Assembly (NCBI GenBank): GCA_964535955.1
Contig: CAZHVK010000005.1
Coordinates: 62,001 to 126,000, forward strand
Source: an uncultured Methanosarcinales archaeon
GTDB lineage: Archaea > Nanobdellota > Nanobdellia > Woesearchaeales > CAXGTL01
Reading direction: 5' to 3'
DNA: 64,000 nt
In this document: positions 41,543 to 50,119 of the stretch, in pieces
Layout: each line of letters begins with the position of its first letter
Numbering within the stretch: position 1 is the first letter of the stretch
The notes under the pieces: generated by a model
Database searches by the model: none
Seen by the model: the letters and a program-made list of their open reading frames with translations, nothing else
What the model was told of the DNA's origin: nothing
Position numbers and translations under genes: made by a program

Positions 41543-41671
41543 TAAGACTTATTTTGTCTCATTTGTGTCTCAATAAGTCTCATTTTTGTTTGATTTTGTC
41601 TTAATTTTGTCTCAGTTTGTATATCTTTTTTGTCTCAATGAGTCTTTTATAATCTGATACTAGTTTGAGAC
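41543..41671. repeat. Helically phased GTCTCA array
   Basis: GTCT(C/T)A at 41556, 41567, 41577, 41598, 41609 and 41632, plus GTCTTT at 41642. Inverted copies at 41543, 41666 and 41377. Confidence 0.85.
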
Positions 41672-42258
41672 TTTATCACTATAATCTTTACATCATTGAT
41701 ATCAATTATGTCTATCAGGTTTCTTTTTTTAAGTTCTTCAAAGTAACGATAAAATGATGCTTTTGAACAATAATTATTTTCATCAACAATAATGTCTTTT
41801 ATCTCTGGCAAAGTGTATTGACCTGATGAAATTACATTAAGAATTTTTTGTTTTATAACTGGTTTTTTATTTCTTTTTAGACGACGCATTATTTCTGTCT
41901 GTAATCCTCTGTTTGAATGTTGTATAGGTCGCTGTATTTGCTGCTGCATAGGTTGTTGTATTTGTTTTTGCATTGATTGCTGTATTGGTTGCTGTATTGG
42001 TTGCTGTTGATTTATAGTCGGTGTTTTGGATTGTGATGAAATCTTTTTTAAAGAAGAATTCATGGTTTTTAATAAGGATTTTATCTGTTTTAATTCTTTA
42101 GATAATGTTGAGATTTCAGTGTTTAGTTTATTTATGTTTTTAGAATTGGATTCAAGTTTGTCTGAATTCAGAGTTATGTCTTGTTTAATCTTTGAGAAAG
42201 TTTTCTTTAGAACTGTCTTTAGCAATTCTAATTCTCCCCTATCACCAGTTTTCTGCAT
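41647..42258 (-). CDS. Coiled-coil / Gln-Pro linker / winged-helix DNA-binding protein
   Basis: N-terminal coiled coil, (Q/R)PIQ-type 4-aa repeats, C-terminal 'KQKILNVI....YTLPEIKDII......CSKASFYRYFEELKKRNLIDII' with a wHTH pattern. Confidence 0.75.
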   Translation of the reverse strand: MQKTGDRGELELLKTVLKKTFSKIKQDITLNSDKLESNSKNINKLNTEISTLSKELKQIKSLLKTMNSSLKKISSQSKTPTINQQQPIQQPIQQSMQKQIQQPMQQQIQRPIQHSNRGLQTEIMRRLKRNKKPVIKQKILNVISSGQYTLPEIKDIIVDENNYCSKASFYRYFEELKKRNLIDIIDINDVKIIVIKSQTSIRL

Positions 42259-42332
42259 TATATAATATTTATTCTTTTATATTTATAAATGTTGTGCAAA
42301 TTTTTATATATAATAGAATAAAAAAGACTAAT

Positions 42333-42686
42333 ATGATTATTAATTTAAGTAAAAAAGAAATAAATCGTATAATTGTTCATAAAAAAAGATTATTAACCAA
42401 TGTATTTAGTCAAGGAACTGGCCTATTATTTAGAAGAAAATTAAAAGATAAAGGTTATGTGTTTGTTTTCAGAAAAGAACATATAATTGGCATAACAATG
42501 ATTTTTGTTTTTTTTTCTATTGATGTCTTGTTTTTGGATAAAGAGAAGAGAGTTGTTGAAGTTGTTGAGGGTCTTAAACCTTTTAAAAATTACTGGCCAA
42601 AGAAAAAAGCAAAGTATGTTGTTGAACTGCCTAAAAATACAGTAAAAGAGAAAGAGATTAATGTTGGAGACAGATTGCAATTCTGA
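42333..42686 (+). CDS. DUF192 family protein
   Basis: 'QGTGLLFR', 'ITMIFVFFSIDVLFLD', 'LKPF', 'AKYVVELP', 'VGDRL'. Start moved to ATG 42333. Confidence 0.85.
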   Translation: MIINLSKKEINRIIVHKKRLLTNVFSQGTGLLFRRKLKDKGYVFVFRKEHIIGITMIFVFFSIDVLFLDKEKRVVEVVEGLKPFKNYWPKKKAKYVVELPKNTVKEKEINVGDRLQF

Positions 42687-42727
42687 ATCTCGGTGAGAAT
42701 ATTGTTCTAAAATTTATTCTAAAATAT

Positions 42728-43744
42728 TTATATCAATACATAAACTTCTTTAGTCAATCCTTTATGTATATAGATCTTAAAATTATATCTTATTTTGTAT
42801 TTACTTTGTTTTATAATGGTTCTAAAATTAATAAAATCAGGAACACCAATGACAATTGTTTTTGGTTTGATTTTCTTTCCACAAAGTTCTAGAAATTGTT
42901 TATATAGTTGCTTTAGTTCTTTATTCACTTTTGTATTTCTGCCATAAGGAAGGTCTGTTACAACATATTTGTATTGTTTATTTATTGTTAATGCATCTTT
43001 GTTTATTAGTTTATAATTTAGTTTGTTATTTGTTTGGTTTGTTTTATAATGGTCTAAATTAATTTTGCACTTTTTTAATTCAATATTATTAATATCATAA
43101 CCAATACATTTTCCGCCGAGAAGTCCATACTCTATTAATATTCCACCTACACCGCAGAATGGGTCTATCAGTGTTTCATTTAGGCGAATACCTGACAAAT
43201 TTATCATTGCTCTTGCAAGTCTTGGGTCTAAGCTTGTTGGTGATAACTCAGGTCTTTTGTGCGGCTTTCTCCCACTGAAATTTTCTTTGTTCTGGTGCAG
43301 AAGTTTTGCAATAATTACTTTTGTTTTAGTAAATATAAAATGTATTTCTGTTTTTGAATTGTCTAGTTTAGCTTTTGGTTTTATTTTGTTTTTTTCTAGA
43401 TTATCCCAAATTAAGTCTGCAACATATCTGTCTGTAGGTATTTTGCTGTTCTTTACTCTAACACAGAAATTGGTTTTGTATATTTGTTTCCAATCATATT
43501 TTTTTATATTGTCTGTTAGATTTTTTGGTTTTGACATAAATAATAATTGATATATTGATTTTGTGTATGCAAGGCGATTTATTTTATTTTGTTGTTTTTG
43601 ATACTCTCTTGTTTTATCATTTATGTCTGGATCAAGGATAAGATAATTGTCTAGAAGTTTGTATTCATCAGTATTAAACACAGACAAAACTTCTGCTTTT
43701 GAGAGTTTTAGGTTTTGTTTTGATAAATTGAAGATGAGTTTCAT
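42728..43744 (-). CDS. trm11: THUMP + SAM-dependent tRNA m2G10 methyltransferase (Trm11/TrmG10-like)
   Basis: 'RKPHKRP...PTSLDPRLARAMINL', 'DPFCGVGGILIE', 'GYDI', 'TDLPYGR'. Confidence 0.8.
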   Translation of the reverse strand: MKLIFNLSKQNLKLSKAEVLSVFNTDEYKLLDNYLILDPDINDKTREYQKQQNKINRLAYTKSIYQLLFMSKPKNLTDNIKKYDWKQIYKTNFCVRVKNSKIPTDRYVADLIWDNLEKNKIKPKAKLDNSKTEIHFIFTKTKVIIAKLLHQNKENFSGRKPHKRPELSPTSLDPRLARAMINLSGIRLNETLIDPFCGVGGILIEYGLLGGKCIGYDINNIELKKCKINLDHYKTNQTNNKLNYKLINKDALTINKQYKYVVTDLPYGRNTKVNKELKQLYKQFLELCGKKIKPKTIVIGVPDFINFRTIIKQSKYKIRYNFKIYIHKGLTKEVYVLI

Positions 43745-43799
43745 AATATGATTTACAATTCAATAAACTTTATAAATTATTCTTTTATTCTATATAATT

Positions 43800-45617
43800 A
43801 TGAGTAAAAAAAGAATGATAGATAATGTGTTGGAAGATAAATTATTATTAGTATTTGTTGTATTTTGTATTACATTAATAAGTTCTCTTGTATATGCACA
43901 GGATAATAATGAAAATCATCTAACATTATTAGCTGTTTCTGAGATGGGTGATGGTAATTTGACAGGTGCTACTGCTGATCTGTTTTTAGAAATAAAGCCT
44001 GGTGAAGGAAGAGTCTTTATTGACACATTTCCTTTGACAAAACTAGATACACAGATTTCAACAAGATTTGCAAAAGAGATTGCATGTGATTTTTTAAAAC
44101 GAAACAAAGGTGTTTTAGGATATGTTGATTGTGGTAATTATGATTTTATTTATAAGATCAAAGCAAAATCTCCCATTATAGGAGGGCCTAGTGCAGGTGC
44201 TGCTATATCATTATTAACAATATCAAGTTTAGCTAACCTGGATATTAATGAGAAAGTTGCAATAACAGGTACAATTAATTCAGGAGGGCTTATTGGAGTT
44301 GTTTCTGGAATAAAAGCAAAGATTGATGCTGCATATGAATCAGGAATGAAGAAAGTATTAGTAGCATATGGTACAAATCTAGAATCTGATGATGAAAAAG
44401 ATCTAAGGCAATATGCAAAAGACAAAGATATTGAATTATTAGAAGTTGAAGATCTTAATGATGTTGTTTTTTATTTTACTGGTCAAAAGATTAGAAGAAC
44501 AGAAAAAGAGCTTAAGATCAATGAAAAATATTCAGAAATAATGAAAAAATTATCACAAGAACTGTGTGAAAGAAGTAATACTTTGCTAGGTAAATTAGGT
44601 GTGGTTATTGATGATGATTTAGAACTATTAAAAGATATTGATGAACAATTAAATAAAAGTGAAAAATCTTATGAAAGCGGCAAATATTATTCATCTGCTA
44701 GTTATTGTTTTGGTGCTAATGTTAAATTAAACAGTTTGTTCCTATTGCAGCAAAATATGTCGCATCAGGATGGTTTATTATATGCAGAAGTACTTGAAAA
44801 AAAAGTTCTTTCTCTTGAAAAAGAAATTGATTCTATTGAAATTAATACTATTTCTGATTTACAAACATACATGGTTGTAAAAGAAAGAATAATTGAAACA
44901 AAAGAATTATTAAATGATGTAAAAAATGTTTATAATAAAAAATATATTTATGACTTAGGATTTGCAGAAGAAAGATATTATAGCGCCTTGTCTTGGAAGA
45001 TTTTTTTTGATTCTAATATTGGTGAAAAAAATTTATTTGAAGATAAAAAAATTGTTAAAAGATTGTGTGAAAAAAAATTAGAAGAAGCTCAAGAAAGAAC
45101 ACATTATTTAGCATTAATCATTCCTATTGATCTTGACAATATCCATAATGAGATTGATTATGCTATCAAAGACATGAATAATGAAGATTATGAATTGTGT
45201 TTGTTTAAATCTTTGAAAGCAAAAGCTCAAGCAAATTCTATTCTTAATATAATCAATACAAAAGAAGAATATATTAATAAATCACTTGAAACAAAGCTTA
45301 AGATTGTTAAAAATAATATAATTCTTGAAAATGAAAATAATATATTTCCTTTGATGGGATATAGTTATTATGAATATGCAGATGAACTAAGATATGAAGA
45401 TATTGGTTCTGCTTTATTATATGCTGAGTATGCATTAGAATTAAGTAATTTTCACCTTTATTTAGATAGTGAGATAAAGAGAGTTAAATTTAGCAGTAAT
45501 AAGGAGTATGAAGTCTATATAGTTGTTTTTCTTATAGGAGTAGCAGTTGGGCTTTTATATAATTTTAAGCTTGTTAAAGGCAAAAAAAGACGTAAATCAC
45601 GCAGAAAAACTAAATAA
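43800..45617 (+). CDS. Archaeal Lon-like (S16) serine protease without ATPase, signal-anchored with C-terminal TM
   Basis: 'IGGPSAGAA' (catalytic Ser) and 'AITGTINSGGLIGVVSGIKAKIDAA' (catalytic Lys); N-terminal hydrophobic segment and C-terminal TM. Confidence 0.88.
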   Translation: MSKKRMIDNVLEDKLLLVFVVFCITLISSLVYAQDNNENHLTLLAVSEMGDGNLTGATADLFLEIKPGEGRVFIDTFPLTKLDTQISTRFAKEIACDFLKRNKGVLGYVDCGNYDFIYKIKAKSPIIGGPSAGAAISLLTISSLANLDINEKVAITGTINSGGLIGVVSGIKAKIDAAYESGMKKVLVAYGTNLESDDEKDLRQYAKDKDIELLEVEDLNDVVFYFTGQKIRRTEKELKINEKYSEIMKKLSQELCERSNTLLGKLGVVIDDDLELLKDIDEQLNKSEKSYESGKYYSSASYCFGANVKLNSLFLLQQNMSHQDGLLYAEVLEKKVLSLEKEIDSIEINTISDLQTYMVVKERIIETKELLNDVKNVYNKKYIYDLGFAEERYYSALSWKIFFDSNIGEKNLFEDKKIVKRLCEKKLEEAQERTHYLALIIPIDLDNIHNEIDYAIKDMNNEDYELCLFKSLKAKAQANSILNIINTKEEYINKSLETKLKIVKNNIILENENNIFPLMGYSYYEYADELRYEDIGSALLYAEYALELSNFHLYLDSEIKRVKFSSNKEYEVYIVVFLIGVAVGLLYNFKLVKGKKRRKSRRKTK

Positions 45618-45669
45618 AGCTCATTTTACAATATAAAGGCTGAATAAGTTATTTTAGAAGATATAGATT

Positions 45670-45785
45670 AAAAACCCCTGGGAAGGCCTCCGAAGAAACC
45701 TTCCTTGGGGAAAAAAGAGGTGATAGATCGTAAATTTATGATTAGAAGTGCTAAACACCTCTAATTTACTTTTGTATGTTACTAC
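45670..45785 (-). ncRNA. Candidate small structured non-coding RNA (two hairpins, U-tract end)
   Basis: Minus strand CCCCAAGGAAGGUUUC-UUCG-GAGGCCUUCCCAGGGG then UUUUU; upstream stem AGAGGUG...CACCUCU; BRE-TATA at 45806-45822; no credible ORF. Confidence 0.55.
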
Positions 45786-45822
45786 TATATAGTAGATGGT
45801 TCTAATATATAAACATTTCGGT
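45779..45822 (-). promoter_or_regulatory. BRE-TATA promoter (ACCGAAATGTTTATATA) with perfect 14-bp palindrome CTACTATATAGTAG
   Basis: TATA at 45806-45813; palindrome at 45782-45795. Confidence 0.7.
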
Positions 45823-45930
45823 TGTTGAGTACTTAAAAGTGGTGAAGTGTGGGAAGATTTATAAACTAATAAAAATTATCACAGGTAGTATTCAAAAGTG
45901 GACTAAAATAAAAGATTATTAAATATAAAG

Positions 45931-47769
45931 ATGTTAAAAAAAAACCACAATATAGAAGAAATCGTAGAAAATTTATCTTCAGACAAAGCAAAAATTAATT
46001 TTATTAAAGATTTAGTTGAAAATAATAAGTTTGATTTAATTGAACAGATCTCTAAAAAATATTTAAAAATGTATTTAGAAAAAAAGAAATATTATTCTGA
46101 AAAAAGTGATCTTGTAAAATTAGCAATAATTTCAAAAAAAATAGGGTTAGAAGAGAAAGCGATAGAATTATTTTCTAAGGAAATTAAAAGATTAGTAAAA
46201 GAAGATGAAATAAAAGAGGCGAAAGAATTAGTAAAAAAAGCAAAAGATATTACAAATCAAGAAGCAAAACTAGAAGAGATCGCTAAAAAAATATATGCTG
46301 AAAAAATTGAAGAATTAGAAAAAACAAAAGATTTAGAAAAAGTAGGAAAATTTTTGTTTAAAATTGGGTTGAAAGAAAAGGCCACAAATGTATATAATAA
46401 ACTCATAGATAATTATTTAAAGAAATTGGAGAGTTCTACAAATAAATTATGTGAAACAATAATAATTACCATGAGAGAGATTTGTGATTGTTTTGAAGAG
46501 CTTTTTGATTATCAATCGTTAGATATCTATCTTTTACACAAAATAATGATGAAATTAAGTGATTATTTAGAGATAAATCTAGAAAATAAAAGGGATATTC
46601 TCCATGAATACTTAGTAATTGCAGAAGAACTTAATTTAAATGAGAGAAAAATAAAATTAGTAGAAAAATATGTAGAATATAATCTCAAGTTAAAGAAATT
46701 TTCTCCTTTCTCGGTTTTAGATAAAATGAATTTCGAAAAACAAGAAATAAAAAAGTTGAAGGATAAAAATGTCCTTGTTGCTGCAAAATTTGCAAAATCA
46801 ATGTTCAAAAATAAAGATTTAATAAAAGAAATAAAATTAAAAGCTTATCAAAAATTAAAAAACATAGGAGGACGAATAAATCCTACAGAATTTTTGGAAG
46901 AAATCATTGATTACACTGAAGATCTTCATGAGAAGTTGGAATTATGTGAAGAACTTGCAAATCTTTATGTTGAAAGAGGAGAATTTGAAAAAGCAGAAGA
47001 GTTTACAAAAGAACACAAATTATTTTCTCTCAATTCAGAAATTAAAAAGAAGATTATCAAAAAATGTGAAGGAAATTTGGAATATTATGAAAAAAAAGGA
47101 ACAAGCAAATTAGGAAGTGCAATAAAATTAAGTATTTTAAATATTTTAATCTACATAATGGAATTTGTAGATTTTAATTATGGATACTACATAACAAAAA
47201 ACTTCCATTCTACGGCTTTAAGTTATAAAATACATGATTTAGAAATAGAAATAATAGCGCATTACAGGGTAAAAGCGGGATATTTATCAAAAGCTGCAAA
47301 GAATGCAAAGATAATAAAAGAAGATGAAAAAGCAAATAAATTATATATAGAATCAAGTAAATATTTCATAAAAAGCAAAGATTATGGTGATGCTATTCGC
47401 TCCCTTAAAAAAACAACAGAAACTGATTCTGTTAGAGATTTTTGTTTAGAAACTATGAAAAATATGGCTGAAAGAAAAGAATTTAGTTGTGTCATAACAT
47501 TAGGCGAAATTCATAAACAAGAAAAAGAAGCAGAAAAAATCTGTCTAGATTATATGAATGAATATGAAAAAGAAGAAAGGTATGACAGAACAATAGAAAT
47601 TGCTAAATTACTTGGATTAGAGCATAAAGTCAAGGAAATAGCTAATAAAGGAATGGAATATTATGAGTCAGAAGGGAGGTTTTATATGTCTAAACGTCTT
47701 GCTAAAGAAGCTGGATTTGAGGATAAAGTTAAGTATTATGAAAACTTGGAAAAAATGACAAGCAAATAA
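45931..47769 (+). CDS. Hypothetical all-alpha helical-repeat (TPR/SNAP-like) protein
   Basis: 612-aa ORF with recurring 'A..lgl.eka..' and 'Y.e.G.f..A' helical motifs. Confidence 0.65.
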   Translation: MLKKNHNIEEIVENLSSDKAKINFIKDLVENNKFDLIEQISKKYLKMYLEKKKYYSEKSDLVKLAIISKKIGLEEKAIELFSKEIKRLVKEDEIKEAKELVKKAKDITNQEAKLEEIAKKIYAEKIEELEKTKDLEKVGKFLFKIGLKEKATNVYNKLIDNYLKKLESSTNKLCETIIITMREICDCFEELFDYQSLDIYLLHKIMMKLSDYLEINLENKRDILHEYLVIAEELNLNERKIKLVEKYVEYNLKLKKFSPFSVLDKMNFEKQEIKKLKDKNVLVAAKFAKSMFKNKDLIKEIKLKAYQKLKNIGGRINPTEFLEEIIDYTEDLHEKLELCEELANLYVERGEFEKAEEFTKEHKLFSLNSEIKKKIIKKCEGNLEYYEKKGTSKLGSAIKLSILNILIYIMEFVDFNYGYYITKNFHSTALSYKIHDLEIEIIAHYRVKAGYLSKAAKNAKIIKEDEKANKLYIESSKYFIKSKDYGDAIRSLKKTTETDSVRDFCLETMKNMAERKEFSCVITLGEIHKQEKEAEKICLDYMNEYEKEERYDRTIEIAKLLGLEHKVKEIANKGMEYYESEGRFYMSKRLAKEAGFEDKVKYYENLEKMTSK

Positions 47770-47827
47770 ACTTTTATTCAAAATAAAAAGAGATATTTTT
47801 ATAAACAAACACTTGTTCTAATAACAC

Positions 47828-48343
47828 ATGAAATGCATACACTGCTCGAAGCCAGCTAAGTTAAAGTTTACTGATAAACATCTTTGTGCTAAATGTTTGT
47901 GCAAAATAATAGAAAAAAGGATAAGGAAATATCTTAGGTTGAGTAAAGTTATTACTAAAGGTGATAAAATCTATATTGATTCTGATGTTTGTAAATATTT
48001 TATTGACAAAATCATAAGTTTTCCAATTGAAAGAGTTAAAAGTAAAAATAAAGCAGACAAAGTTGTTGTTCCATGGACTCTAGACCATGAGTGTATAATG
48101 TTTTTGGATAAGTTTGGTGAAAAAAACTTTAAATTGGATATGTTAAAAAATAAAAAGAAAATTGTAAAATTGTTCTTAACAATAGATGAAGCGTCTTTGA
48201 TAGAGTTTTGTAAGATTAATAAAATTAAGTATGAACCAATGAAAAAGAGCAAAATGAAGAAAGAGTTAGATAAATTGGTTGAAAAATATCCTGAGATGAA
48301 GTATTCTTTAGGTAAAAGTATTGGAATTTTGAAAAAATTATAA
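47828..48343 (+). CDS. Degenerate TtuA/Ncs6 (tRNA 2-thiolation) family homolog lacking the PP-loop
   Basis: N-terminal CxxC...LCxxC zinc finger, 'IEKRIRK...I.KGDKI', 'W.LD.E', 'E...FC..NKIKY', 'LD.L.EKYPEMKYS'; no SGGxDS. Confidence 0.6.
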   Translation: MKCIHCSKPAKLKFTDKHLCAKCLCKIIEKRIRKYLRLSKVITKGDKIYIDSDVCKYFIDKIISFPIERVKSKNKADKVVVPWTLDHECIMFLDKFGEKNFKLDMLKNKKKIVKLFLTIDEASLIEFCKINKIKYEPMKKSKMKKELDKLVEKYPEMKYSLGKSIGILKKL

Positions 48344-48883
48344 ATGTTTTAAAATCATATTATAGATTTTGTTAACTCCTTGTTCTATAGTATTGCTATT
48401 GTCAATAGAATAATCAAATAAATCTTTATAATTTGGCAATTCTTTTGTCTGTTTTAAACCAATATTCAACAAATGTTTTCTTTTTAGTTGATCTGTCTCA
48501 GAAATTAATGCCCTTTGTTTCAAAACGTCCTCTTTAGCATAAATAAAAAAGGAAACAACATTTTTAAAATCTTGTTTTATTTTTTTGATAACAGAGTAAT
48601 CCTGAGATAATTGAATAAACTTAACATTTTTAGTATTATCTTTAAAATCCTCTTTCTTATAACCATAAAGAAAGTCATTTTTCTTTGCAATGTATAGGTA
48701 ATTGTTATTTCTAAACTCTTGCTCAGATATATGATTATGGTTAAATGATTTTTCAAGAGGTTTCTTTGATCTTGTTGTGTCAGATATGATTTTACATGAA
48801 TGTGGTATCTTTTTGACTAATTCATTTATTAATACACTTTTCCCGACATAAGATGGTCCTGAAAATATTATTATTAATGACAT
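48338..48883 (-). CDS. Guanylate kinase-like P-loop kinase
   Basis: 'IIIFSGPSYVGKS', 'ISDTTR', 'ISEQEF', 'LYG', 'L.QR', 'FDYSIDN'. Confidence 0.7.
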   Translation of the reverse strand: MSLIIIFSGPSYVGKSVLINELVKKIPHSCKIISDTTRSKKPLEKSFNHNHISEQEFRNNNYLYIAKKNDFLYGYKKEDFKDNTKNVKFIQLSQDYSVIKKIKQDFKNVVSFFIYAKEDVLKQRALISETDQLKRKHLLNIGLKQTKELPNYKDLFDYSIDNSNTIEQGVNKIYNMILKHL

Positions 48884-48971
48884 AATAATAGAAAAAGACT
48901 ACTAGTTTTTTAAGTTTTTGATTAATTTTAAAAAACATTTAAATACTTGTTATGTATTTCTATATATTACA

Positions 48972-49130
48972 ATGGATGATCAACATAAAAAATTCGTAGA
49001 AAAGATGCTTGAAAGCGCTGAAGATAAAAAAGAAACAAAGCCGCAACAAAGATTTGGTAGTGTTAATACAGATGATGTTGAAAAAGCTGTAGATAATATA
49101 AAAAAAGGAAAAAAAGCTGACGAAGAGTAA
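48972..49130 (+). CDS. Small charged hypothetical protein (52 aa)
   Basis: ATG 48972 about 25 bp downstream of AAACATTTAAATA; K/E-rich. Confidence 0.5.
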   Translation: MDDQHKKFVEKMLESAEDKKETKPQQRFGSVNTDDVEKAVDNIKKGKKADEE

Positions 49131-49132
49131 GG

Positions 49133-49756
49133 CTATTTTATTTTTTTAATAAATTCATCAGAATCAATCACTTCACCATACATCTTAGGCCAAATGAATT
49201 CTTTAAAGTGCTTTTGTATTTGTTGCCTGTCTATTCTATCAAAAGCTTCTACTAAGTCTTTTAAAATAATTAAATTATATCCATGTGAAAAACCTTCTTT
49301 AATTGTTGCATCAACACAACCATCACTGACAATTCCTGTGATTATTAGATATTTAATATTGTGTTTTTTTAATACTTTGTCTAGATTAGGGTTTGAGAAT
49401 GCACTGTAAGTGTTTTTTGTTATGATTATATCATCTTTGTCAGGCTTTACTTTGTAGAATTTTGTGCTAAAATCAGTTTTATCTTGTGTGTAAAATGTTT
49501 TTTTAGGATCTTTGTAAAGCTCTCTTAAGTTTTGAGGTAGATGTTCTTTGTCCCATTTTACATTGTTGATGTATATTATTTTTCCACCGAGTTGTTTGTA
49601 GTTTTTTATAAACTTTATTAACTTAGGAATCATCTTACGAATCTTTTTAAATGTTATATTAAATTTCTTTCTTTCACATTTTTCACTACAACAATCATTG
49701 ACAATGTCTATTACAAGCAGTCTTGTGTTTTTGAAGTGTGGTTTCATCATCTTCAT
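49133..49756 (-). CDS. Isochorismatase-family cysteine hydrolase
   Basis: Catalytic triad motifs 'LLVIDIVND', 'ITKNTYSAF', 'TGIVSDGCVDAT'. Confidence 0.9.
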   Translation of the reverse strand: MKMMKPHFKNTRLLVIDIVNDCCSEKCERKKFNITFKKIRKMIPKLIKFIKNYKQLGGKIIYINNVKWDKEHLPQNLRELYKDPKKTFYTQDKTDFSTKFYKVKPDKDDIIITKNTYSAFSNPNLDKVLKKHNIKYLIITGIVSDGCVDATIKEGFSHGYNLIILKDLVEAFDRIDRQQIQKHFKEFIWPKMYGEVIDSDEFIKKIK

Positions 49757-49790
49757 AATTATTATCTTAAATTATATCTTAATGTTTATT

Positions 49791-50063
49791 CTATTTTTTC
49801 TTTTTATCTTGTTTTTTATTATTCTTTGTAAGCTCTGCCCTTATTATTGCTTCTTCCATTTCTTTTACAGATTTTTGCAAAAGTCCTGTTTTAATTTTAG
49901 AATTGTTATCATCTTTGTTTTTTAAGGAATTTAGTTTTCTTTTATAATGTCTTAACTTGTCCTTTGTTGTGTTTGGATCATTCATATGTTTTTTTAGCCT
50001 ATTATCTCTTGCCAAATTAAAAAAATTCATAACTGATTTAATAATAGATTTTATTATACCCAT
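49791..50063 (-). CDS. Small basic hypothetical protein with N-terminal amphipathic helix
   Basis: 90-aa ORF starting MGIIKSIIKSVMNFF; TATA box upstream in the divergent region. Confidence 0.55.
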   Translation of the reverse strand: MGIIKSIIKSVMNFFNLARDNRLKKHMNDPNTTKDKLRHYKRKLNSLKNKDDNNSKIKTGLLQKSVKEMEEAIIRAELTKNNKKQDKKKK

Positions 50064-50119
50064 TTTATTATACTTTAGTTCATATAAATATATAAATGTA
50101 ACTATGTTTTCTTGGTTTT

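Noticed and set aside
41543..41671. GTCTCA array as a CRISPR array or type IIS cloning scar
   Set aside because: Units are 6 bp with 4-17 bp gaps, there are no 30-40 bp spacers and no cas genes, and degenerate copies argue for a natural origin.
45670..45762. GC-rich hairpins as tRNA, SRP RNA or a 16S 3' fragment
   Set aside because: No cloverleaf or TTCGA T-loop, no SRP helix-8 motif, and similarity to 16S is limited to ATCACCTC.
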